Positions 1 through 8,351 of a stretch of DNA of 64,000 nucleotides are shown here, in pieces; within the stretch, counting starts at the first letter, position 1; every line of letters begins with the position of its first letter. The translations under genes were made by a program, and so were the position numbers. The stretch spans positions 12,099 to 76,098 of the forward strand of contig CAWHQT010000020.1 of NCBI GenBank assembly GCA_963831555.1, in the 5' to 3' direction. The DNA is from an uncultured delta proteobacterium. Lineage in GTDB: Bacteria; Myxococcota_A; Polyangia; Polyangiales; Polyangiaceae. The notes under the pieces are model-generated. The model saw only the letters and a program-made list of their open reading frames with translations, had not been told where the DNA came from and did not search any database.

Positions 1-572
1 CGCTCTTCGTCGCGCGTCGGATAACCGACCTTGATCATCAGCATGAACCGATCGATTTGCGCTTCCGGCAGCGGGTACGTGCCCTCTTGTTCGATGGGGT
101 TTTGCGTCGCCATGACGATGAACGGTTCGGGCAGCGGATACGTTTTTTCGCCGATGGTGACCTGACGTTCTTGCATCGCTTCGAGCAGGGCGCTCTGCAC
201 CTTGGCCGGCGCGCGGTTGATCTCGTCAGCCAAGACCAGATTGGCGAAAATCGGACCGAGCTTGGATGTGAACTCGCCCCGCTGCTGGTTATAGACGACC
301 GTGCCGACCAGGTCCGCCGGCAACAAATCGGGCGTGAACTGGATTCGCGCGAACTTCGCGTGGACGGCATCGCAGAGCGTGCGCACCGTGAGCGTCTTGG
401 CGAGCCCGGGCACGCCTTCGACCAGGACGTGTCCGCCCGTGAGCAGGCCGACGAGAATCCGCTCGATCATGTACTGCTGACCGACGATCACCTTCCCGAG
501 CTCGGTGATGAGGCGGTCTACGAAGGCGCTTTCCTTGGCGACGAGCTCATTGAGGGCACGAACGTCGTACAT
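1..572 (-). CDS. MoxR-family AAA+ ATPase (N-terminal ~190 aa; the 3' end lies beyond the window start)
   Basis: The reverse strand from ATG (572-570) reads [60 protein letters not shown]...[29 protein letters not shown]...[25 protein letters not shown]. Walker A is GVPGLAKT and Walker B is LADEINR, the typical MoxR/AAA_3 layout. A GGAG lies about 7 nt upstream. It is absent from the ORF track because the frame runs off the window edge. Confidence 0.9.
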   Translation of the reverse strand, partial: MYDVRALNELVAKESAFVDRLITELGKVIVGQQYMIERILVGLLTGGHVLVEGVPGLAKTLTVRTLCDAVHAKFARIQFTPDLLPADLVGTVVYNQQRGEFTSKLGPIFANLVLADEINRAPAKVQSALLEAMQERQVTIGEKTYPLPEPFIVMATQNPIEQEGTYPLPEAQIDRFMLMIKVGYPTRDEE

Positions 573-778
573 GGGCGATCTCCTCGGCAGCCGCGACACC
601 GCGCGGGCGTCCGGAGTTGTACCATGAGGCCACGAGGGGCCGGCGTAGCGGACGCCCGAGCTTCGCCATTTATTCCGCTGGCTCCGGGGGGGCGGCCGGC
701 GAACGAGGCCGAACGAGCGAGCCCCGCTGTCGCCCGCGGGCTTGACGCCAGGACGAGGGACCCGCAATCCTCCGTGAC

Positions 779-1876
<1,098 letters not shown>

Positions 1877-1915
1877 GGCACCGAATAGCGTCGTGGAGGG
1901 TTTCCACTCCGCCTC

Positions 1916-2734
1916 CTACGGGCCGCCCGCGGGCGGCCCGACGCAAACGCCTCCTCCACTTTCGGACGTGTGCGGGCAGTGCGTGGCCGTGTCGGCAAAC
2001 AGGACCGCGTTCTCGAGGTGATACATGCGGCAGTTGAGCGTATTGCCGGAGCTATAGGCGAGGTCACTCTCCGCGGCGACGTCAACCTGCTCCAGGTAAG
2101 GGAATCCCGCGGTACCGCCATCCGCTCCCGCGTCCGAGCCACGGCACGCGGAGAGGCAATCGTCCATGCCTCCCGGGTATGCGATCGTGCCGCAGATCTG
2201 CAGGTCCAGCGTGCAAAACGGCGTGCACGGATCGCTTCCCATCGGGTTGCAATACGTCCCGCCGAGGGGGCCCGCGTGGGGGCAATGAATGTGGGTTTCC
2301 AACGTTTGATTATGGAACGCGGCCTCGAGAGCGGCGTTCGCATGCCATACGCGGCAGCTGAGCGTATCCGTGGAGGGCGCTGGGGCGGTCGGGTCAGCGG
2401 GGCCCCCGGGCTCGAAGAACGGACAGATGGCGGAGCACACTCCGGCGTCGGATCCCATCGCGAGCCCTTGCAAATACTCGAGATTGGTACTTCCGCAGGC
2501 CATCGTCACGAGGTTGCAATAGTTGTCGCACGTGACGTCGTAGTTGATCGGTGGCCCCGCCTCGGAGTTCCCTGCTCCAACGCCCGCGCCGCCTTCTCCA
2601 GCGTCCCGAGGGGCGCCGCTTTCTGCCGGCTCGAGGGTGGCCGGGTCGATTCCGAAGATAGAATTGCATGCGAGAAGTGCGCAGCATCCGAGCGCGAGGG
2701 CGCCCGCTCCCGCGGAGAAGACGATTCGCACCAT
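1916..2734 (-). CDS. Cys/His-rich lipoprotein with a two-fold internal repeat (candidate metal-binding)
   Basis: The start is the internal ATG at 2734-2732 of the 551-aa track ORF. The N-terminus MVRIVFSAGAGALALGCCALLAC is a signal peptide plus lipobox. The start overlaps the upstream stop as TAATG. Two repeats each end in C-R-x-(W/Y)-H...T-H-C-P-H-x4-5-G-G-x2-C. Confidence 0.7.
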   Translation of the reverse strand: MVRIVFSAGAGALALGCCALLACNSIFGIDPATLEPAESGAPRDAGEGGAGVGAGNSEAGPPINYDVTCDNYCNLVTMACGSTNLEYLQGLAMGSDAGVCSAICPFFEPGGPADPTAPAPSTDTLSCRVWHANAALEAAFHNQTLETHIHCPHAGPLGGTYCNPMGSDPCTPFCTLDLQICGTIAYPGGMDDCLSACRGSDAGADGGTAGFPYLEQVDVAAESDLAYSSGNTLNCRMYHLENAVLFADTATHCPHTSESGGGVCVGPPAGGP

Positions 2735-3795
2735 TACCAAGCTCCCTTGAGCGCCGCGCCGCCGAGAGTCGGCATGAGAACGAGGGTCGTGGCGTTGCCC
2801 GTTTCTCGGTTCTTCGTGCCCCCGGGGGCGGTCAGCCACAGCGCCACGCCCCCCACGATCGCGGCGCCGCCTACGACGAAAGCCACCGTGGCGATGTCCC
2901 CCGCGGAACGGGCGTCGGAACGTTCGTCGAGGCCCGGCTGCGAGCAAACATTTTGATTCGGCGCGGCTTCGCAGTCGTGATCGACCGAATCGTTGTACTT
3001 GTTCTTCGCGAGGACGAGGAAGCCCGCGCCAATCGCCACGCCCGCGACGCCGAGCCCCGACACGACCCAGCCCGCGATGCGTTGCGCGGATCCCGATCCT
3101 ACGGGGTTCGGGGCGGATGGGGTCGCGGGCTCTGCACCGACGGACGCCACCGGCGCGGCCGGACCGGCCGGAGCTCCCGGGGCCGGCGCCGTCGTGGCCG
3201 CCATTTCGACGGGAGCCGCCTCGAGCGGGGGCACCGTGGCGATGACCTGCGCTCCGTTCTGGGGGACCTCCACGACGGCGGACCAGTCCTTGTGGCCGGG
3301 AGCCGAGGCGCTGAGAGTGTGGCTTCCCGGGTCGATCGGGATGGCAATGGCCCACTCGGCGCGGTCCACGTTCACGCCGTCGCGGCGCACCTGGATGCCA
3401 TCGATGGGCGCGCCGACATTGATTGTCAGTCGCGCCAGCGTCGGCGCGAGGGAGTCCGCGTGCCGTTCGGCGGCCGTCACATAATCTTTGCGTCCGGCGG
3501 CGTTCGCGGAGCTCGCCGCCTCTTTGTACGTGGCCCACGCGGTGGCCGCACGGCCGAGTTTCTCCCAGCAATTAGCAAGGTTGAGGAGCGTCGCCGCGGA
3601 GGGGTCGAGCCGCTCGCTGTCGGCGAATTTCGGACACGCGTCGGCGTATTTCTTGTCCGCGACGAGCTTGCGCCCGTCTTCGAACAGCGCTTCCGCCGTC
3701 ACCTTGTCGCTCTCGGTCCCTTGGGCCTGGGCATCCGCGGTCGCAAGGGCAATTGTCGTCGCGAGCACCGCCGCCGAACAGTTGGCGAAACGCAT
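2734..3795 (-). CDS. Secreted membrane-anchored protein: signal peptide, helical TPR-like N-domain with conserved Cys, PEGA-like beta-sandwich, Ala/Pro linker, two C-terminal TM segments
   Basis: 353-aa ORF. The signal peptide ends ATADAQAQG. The beta-domain is LTINVGAPIDGIQVRRDGVNV...GSHTLSASAPGHKDW. TM1 is IAGWVVSGLGVAGVAIGAGFLVL and TM2 is VAFVVGGAAIVGGVALWL. The architecture matches the ORF at 24543..25511. Confidence 0.7.
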   Translation of the reverse strand: MRFANCSAAVLATTIALATADAQAQGTESDKVTAEALFEDGRKLVADKKYADACPKFADSERLDPSAATLLNLANCWEKLGRAATAWATYKEAASSANAAGRKDYVTAAERHADSLAPTLARLTINVGAPIDGIQVRRDGVNVDRAEWAIAIPIDPGSHTLSASAPGHKDWSAVVEVPQNGAQVIATVPPLEAAPVEMAATTAPAPGAPAGPAAPVASVGAEPATPSAPNPVGSGSAQRIAGWVVSGLGVAGVAIGAGFLVLAKNKYNDSVDHDCEAAPNQNVCSQPGLDERSDARSAGDIATVAFVVGGAAIVGGVALWLTAPGGTKNRETGNATTLVLMPTLGGAALKGAW

Positions 3796-3819
3796 GACCT
3801 CGTGTCTACCCGAAGGCGC

Positions 3820-5280
3820 TCATCGAAGGGCAGGAATGTCGTCATCCGGAATGGGCGGCCGGCTGTTGCCTGGCGTTCGGCCAGGCGCTGGGCCGCTTGG
3901 CGGCGCCCAGTGAACGACGGGCCTCGGCGGTGGGGGCGGCGCCTCGTGTTTCGCGGAGCTTGCCTCGGCACGTGCCGGTTCGGAGGGCGAGGTAGCGACG
4001 GGCTCTGGAAGTGCCACGATCGACGCCGTAGGGAGGATATCCGCTTGCATCGCGACCAGTGAATGTACGGCCGGCGGCAAGGCTGCGGCGCTCATCGGGG
4101 CGCTCTCCGTCGTCAGCGACGCGGCGGCTCCTACGCGTGCGCTCCGCCGTGCGAGAAGCACCCCGCTCGCGACCGTGGCTCCGATGAGCAGAGCGGCGAC
4201 AAGAGGTACGGCCAAGCGCGAGCGGCGCCGCTCGACCAAGGGTCCGGCGGGCGCTCCGCCCCACGCCGAAGGGGTTGGGCCCGACGCGACCGGAGAAGAC
4301 TCGGCACTTGGTAAGGTGGGCCTCGCGATATCCACCGGCTGGCTCGAGGTGGGCGCTGCGATGAGCGTCGTCCGAGGGCGGTCGGCGGCCACACGCGACA
4401 TCAACGGCGGAGCGAAGGGTTCGAGCGCAGCGGCTAGCTCCGTCGCGTTCGCGTAGCGCCCCGCCGGCTCTTTCGCGAGGCATCGCTGGATGACCGCCAC
4501 GACCCCCGGGGGTACGTCGGACCGAAACTCGCTCAGCGGTCGGGGCGCCTCCGTCACCACCTTGAGGCAAAGCTCGGGCATACTCTCCGCCTCGAAGGGC
4601 CAACGTCGCGTGAGAAGCTCGAAGAGCACGACTCCCAAGGCCCACACGTCGACCCGCGCGTCGACGTCTCGCGAGGAGCGCATTTGCTCGGGCGCCATGT
4701 AAAGGGGCGATCCGAGCATGGCGCGTGTGCGGGTTAGCGCTCCCAGGCCGTCTTTGGTCAGACCGATCGCTTTGGAGACGCCGAAGTCCAGGACCTTCAG
4801 CCGCGGCGACCCCGAAAACGTGCGCGTGAGAAACAGATTCTGCGGTTTAAGGTCGCGGTGCACGATGCCCGCTGCGTGCGCCTCGGCCACAGCCTCGCAC
4901 GCCTGAAGAAGCAAGAGCAATGCTGCGTCGAGCGCCATCGGCCCGCTCTCGTTCAGGACATGCCCGAGATCGTTGCCGTCGAGAAACTCCATGACCATGT
5001 ACGGTGCGCCGGAGTCGAGCTTTCCGACGTCGAGCACCTTCGCCACGTGCTCGCTGCGTAGGTTGACCGCGGCGCGCGCTTCGCGGAGAAACCGCTCGAC
5101 CGTATCGCCCTGCTCGAGCGCTTCGTCGCGGACGAGCTTGATGGCCACGAGCTGACCCAGTTGCTCATGCCGGGCGGCGACGACGACGCCCATGCCGCCC
5201 GACCCAATCACCCGCTCGACCCGGTACTTGCCGGCGAGTAGGTCGCCCTCGCGGACGGGGAGCGCACCAGTTTGACCCAT
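3820..5280 (-). CDS. Ser/Thr protein kinase with one TM segment and a Pro-rich extracytoplasmic tail
   Basis: The start is taken at ATG 5280-5278 (MGQTGALPVREGDLLAGKYRVERVIGSGGMGVV). Motifs VAIKLV, HRDLKPQN, DFG and LYMAPE are present. The TM is LAVPLVAALLIGATVASGVLLA. The longer 769-aa track ORF adds an Arg-rich, non-coding-looking N-terminus. Confidence 0.9.
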   Translation of the reverse strand: MGQTGALPVREGDLLAGKYRVERVIGSGGMGVVVAARHEQLGQLVAIKLVRDEALEQGDTVERFLREARAAVNLRSEHVAKVLDVGKLDSGAPYMVMEFLDGNDLGHVLNESGPMALDAALLLLLQACEAVAEAHAAGIVHRDLKPQNLFLTRTFSGSPRLKVLDFGVSKAIGLTKDGLGALTRTRAMLGSPLYMAPEQMRSSRDVDARVDVWALGVVLFELLTRRWPFEAESMPELCLKVVTEAPRPLSEFRSDVPPGVVAVIQRCLAKEPAGRYANATELAAALEPFAPPLMSRVAADRPRTTLIAAPTSSQPVDIARPTLPSAESSPVASGPTPSAWGGAPAGPLVERRRSRLAVPLVAALLIGATVASGVLLARRSARVGAAASLTTESAPMSAAALPPAVHSLVAMQADILPTASIVALPEPVATSPSEPARAEASSAKHEAPPPPPRPVVHWAPPSGPAPGRTPGNSRPPIPDDDIPALR

Positions 5281-5514
5281 CGCCCGTCCGGGATAGCACA
5301 AGTCCGGTCGACTGGCAGCCGCGTCGGCAACCCGCACGCAGGTCTCTGGCCCTCCCAGGGGCGTCCCAGGGGCGTCCGCCGACACACCGATGCGGGCACG
5401 CCCACGCACACCCCGGCGCTCCCGTCGAGCCCGGTGGTTCCCGGTTGTCTTGGGTTGGCGGGGAAACAAGTGATACGTTGGCCACCACCCAGCGGAAAGA
5501 GGTACGACAGACCC

Positions 5515-6186
5515 ATGGCACTCCAAAGCGCGACGTTCCGTCCGTTCGTCATCGCCGCAGCCGCTCTCGTTGGAACGACTGGGCTTACGCGGTCCGCGCG
5601 CGCGGACGAGGTATCTTCGACCGGCAAAGGGATCGCGGGTGGCGCCCTGCTCGGAGCGGAGGCGGTCACTATCGTGGAGTCTCTCGCCGACGTGCGACCT
5701 GGATGGGCCTACGCCGTTGGGGCGCTGGTAGGGGCTGGAGGCGGTGGAGTCGGCGGCTACTTCGTCGAACAAGGGAGTAGCGACGGGCGCGCCCCCTCGT
5801 ACATGCTTGCCGGCGGCCTCGCGTTGGTCATCCCGGCGCTCGTTTTGACGTTGAATGCGACGCGCTACAGACCTGAGGAGGGCGCGACGGAGGATCGCGC
5901 TCCCGTCGGGCCCGCCGCCGAGCCGGGGGTTCCCGGCGCGGGAATCATTGCGGCGCCTCCGCCTGCAGCGCCCGCTTCGCAGCCGGCGGCCGTGCCCACG
6001 CCGCCGCCGCCACCCGGGCCGTCGCCTGCGCCGCCTCAGTCTCTTCTCGATATGAGGCCGGGGGAGGTTCGGATGGGTGTTCCGGTGCCCGATGTGCGAC
6101 CTGTATTCTCGGTGACGCAACAGAGGCAATACGGGATGCGGGCAGAGACCGAAGTCCGGGTGCCGGTCTTACACGTCACTTTCTGA
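5515..6186 (+). CDS. Hypothetical membrane/secreted protein (signal peptide, Gly-zipper TM segments, Pro-rich tail)
   Basis: The start is the internal ATG at 5515 (MALQSATFRPFVIAAAALVGTTGLTRSARA). GALVGAGGGGVGGYF and LAGGLALVIPALVL are hydrophobic segments. I recognise no family. Confidence 0.55.
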   Translation: MALQSATFRPFVIAAAALVGTTGLTRSARADEVSSTGKGIAGGALLGAEAVTIVESLADVRPGWAYAVGALVGAGGGGVGGYFVEQGSSDGRAPSYMLAGGLALVIPALVLTLNATRYRPEEGATEDRAPVGPAAEPGVPGAGIIAAPPPAAPASQPAAVPTPPPPPGPSPAPPQSLLDMRPGEVRMGVPVPDVRPVFSVTQQRQYGMRAETEVRVPVLHVTF

Positions 6187-6261
6187 AGCGCGGGATTCCC
6201 GGTGACGTATCGCTACTGGTACCATCCAGCGTTCGACGCTTGGTCGGGGGTCAGATAGCGA

Positions 6262-7974
6262 ATGCAAAGTACACATCGAGTCAATCAACCGTCCAAGCCC
6301 ACGGACCCGATGCTCAATCGCGTCATCGCCGGGCGATATCGCCTGGAAGCGCGGATTGGCGAAGGCGGAATGGGCGTTGTTTACCGTGCGCGGCACGTCC
6401 TCATCGACCGCGTCGTCGCCGTCAAATTGATTCGCCCGGACCTGCGCGGCGAAACCCATTTGCGCGCGTGGATGCTTCGGGAAGCGAGGGCCGCCAACCG
6501 GGTGGACCACGCGCACATCATCGACATCCACGACATCGGCGAGACGGAAGACAGCGAACTCTACCTGGTGATGGAGTACCTGGTCGGGACGTCGCTCTCG
6601 AGCGAGCTCGCGCGTGGATCGATGCCTCTCGCGCGGAGCGTCGACATCCTCGAACAGATGTGCGCCGCGCTCGCCCGCGCACACGATCTGGGCGTCGTGC
6701 ACCGCGATCTCAAGAGCGACAACATCTTGCTGACGACGCGCGGCGGCAGGAAAGACTTCGTCAAGATTTTGGACTTCGGCTTGGCGCACCTCGCGATGGA
6801 TCCTCGGCTCGCGCCGAAAGGTGCCGTCTTCGGAACGCCCGAATACATGTCGCCCGAGCAGGCCAGGGGAGAGGAGGCCACGGCGCAGAGCGATCTGTAT
6901 GCGCTCGGCGTTCTCTTCTTCGAGATGCTGACCGGCCAGCTGCCTTTCCGGAGCGATGACCGCGATACGCTGTTGGAGCTTCAGCGCACGGGCGTCGCCC
7001 CGCGTCCCCGATCCATCAAGCCTGACGTTTTGCCCGCGGCCGAGGCCATCGTCGTAAAGCTTCTGGAGAAAGACAGGCGAAAGCGCTTTCAAGACGCCCA
7101 CCACATGCACGAGGAGCTGAAGTCACTTCAGCGCAGCCTGCCGAGCACTCCGTGGGAGATTGGGACCACGGGCGAGAACGCGGTCCCACCTCCACCACCG
7201 CCTCCGCAGTCGCCTGGCGTCATCGAGTGGGCGAGCCGCGCGGCGCTTTTCTCGCGCATGGTTTCGAGGGCTCACCCCGGAAACAACGCGCCCCCCGATG
7301 TCCAGACCGCAACGTCCCAGGCGTGGGACCTCGCATCGCGGGCCAGCCGGCTCGAGGGAGAAGTCGCGAGCCACACGCGCAAGCTGGAGGCGCTCGAGCG
7401 CAGGGGGAGGGCGCTTCGTGCGGAGATAGGCCGTAAGGTCGAGGAGCTCGCGCACGAGGAGTCGCGCGCCCTCCGCGAGCTGACGGCCGAGCAGCTGGAG
7501 GTGACGCGGCTCCGCGAATCCACGCAGCAGGCAGAGCGCAACGCCGGGCAGGCCAAGCAAGCCGCCGACGGCGCCAGCGGTTCGGGGGCGCAATTGCGCG
7601 TGACCTTCGAACGGTCGGGTGCGGCGGCTGCGCTGGTCGAGGCGAGGCGCGAGCAGCTGAAGAACCATGAGCAGCGCGCCGTGCAAAAAGAGGCGCAGGC
7701 ACGGGACCTTCGCCGCCAAATCGAGGAGCTCCGTGCCCAGCTGGCGCGCTACGCCGAAGCCCTCGAAGAGGATCTCTCGAGCGGACGCGAGAAGGTGGCG
7801 GGGCGCACGCGCGAAGGGATCGCATATGAGAAGGCGTTCAGCGAGGTGTCCGTCCTCCTTTTGAACCACCTGAAGACGAAGCCCGAGGCGCGCGATCTGC
7901 TCCAGGAGCTGGTCGCCGTGATGCACGGCCAGACCTACAACTCACCGGCGAAATCGGAGAGCAAGATTCCCTAG
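6262..7974 (+). CDS. Ser/Thr protein kinase with a long C-terminal coiled-coil region
   Basis: Motifs GEGGMGVVYRA, VAVKLI, HRDLKSDN, DFG and EYMSPE are present. The C-terminal ~250 aa is rich in E/R/L/A heptad-like sequence. An alternative start is the internal MLNRVIAG. Confidence 0.9.
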   Translation: MQSTHRVNQPSKPTDPMLNRVIAGRYRLEARIGEGGMGVVYRARHVLIDRVVAVKLIRPDLRGETHLRAWMLREARAANRVDHAHIIDIHDIGETEDSELYLVMEYLVGTSLSSELARGSMPLARSVDILEQMCAALARAHDLGVVHRDLKSDNILLTTRGGRKDFVKILDFGLAHLAMDPRLAPKGAVFGTPEYMSPEQARGEEATAQSDLYALGVLFFEMLTGQLPFRSDDRDTLLELQRTGVAPRPRSIKPDVLPAAEAIVVKLLEKDRRKRFQDAHHMHEELKSLQRSLPSTPWEIGTTGENAVPPPPPPPQSPGVIEWASRAALFSRMVSRAHPGNNAPPDVQTATSQAWDLASRASRLEGEVASHTRKLEALERRGRALRAEIGRKVEELAHEESRALRELTAEQLEVTRLRESTQQAERNAGQAKQAADGASGSGAQLRVTFERSGAAAALVEARREQLKNHEQRAVQKEAQARDLRRQIEELRAQLARYAEALEEDLSSGREKVAGRTREGIAYEKAFSEVSVLLLNHLKTKPEARDLLQELVAVMHGQTYNSPAKSESKIP

Positions 7975-8108
7975 TTCCGCCGCTGCGCGGTCGGCTGCGC
8001 CGAGGCGAAACTATCTTGTTTTCCTGGGGCTTCGCCCCGGACCCCCAAAGCCGCTCCCGCGGCTTTGCTAGTGCCGTCGACTCCGGCCGAACTTATGGCG
8101 GACGGCAC
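7975..8108. repeat. About 134-bp structured intergenic repeat, copy A
   Basis: Nearly identical to 28568..28696, with 2 mismatches seen by eye. It starts directly after the kinase stop codon (TAG ttccgcc). It contains the stems aaagccgc/gcggcttt and gtgccgtc/gacggcac. Confidence 0.85.
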
Positions 8109-8130
8109 CAGTGAGTCACGAGGGTCATTC

Positions 8131-8200
8131 GCACGGCACGTCGAAGGGAGCGATGCCGCTCCCTTCGAGCATGCCAGCAGGAAAGGACGCTGGTCGTCAC
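8131..8200. repeat. Hairpin repeat family, copy R1
   Basis: Sequence gcacggcacgtcgaagggagcgatgccgctcccttcgagcatgccagcaggaaaggacgc. It has a perfect 12-bp stem tcgaagggagcg/cgctcccttcga (8141..8168). Related copies lie at 30647, 47276, 47450 and 57599. Confidence 0.8.
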
Positions 8201-8351
8201 GGATAACGAAGCGGGAAGCCGACCGCGCCTAACGTCTCATCGGACTGGGACGAACGCAGCGCACGTCGAAGGGAACGTTGCGAAGATGGAACGCGTTCGC
8301 CATGCCATCCATTGTAGGTCCGCACCCGGACTCTCTCCAAAGAGGAACCTG

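Noticed and set aside
1916-3571. 551-aa - ORF spanning two genes
   Set aside because: Its upstream 280 aa are Arg/Gly-rich nonsense overlapping the real 353-aa gene in another frame. The genuine lipoprotein starts at the internal ATG 2734.
2668-4062. 464-aa + ORF, and similar long antisense ORFs (1970..2956, 9690..11186, 11508..12482, 21288..22709, 26661..28004, 28696..29730, 30891..32345, 35897..37585, 40705..41865, 43229..44527, 50765..52066, 52065..53381, 54054..55208, 59524..60801)
   Set aside because: These are open antisense frames, as expected in very GC-rich DNA. The translations are dominated by R/G/A/P with no recognisable domains, and each is fully covered by a motif-bearing gene on the other strand.
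5281-6129. N-terminal extension of the kinase ORF to 769 aa
   Set aside because: The extension is Arg-rich and overlaps the + strand membrane-protein gene. The kinase subdomain I lies right after ATG 5280.
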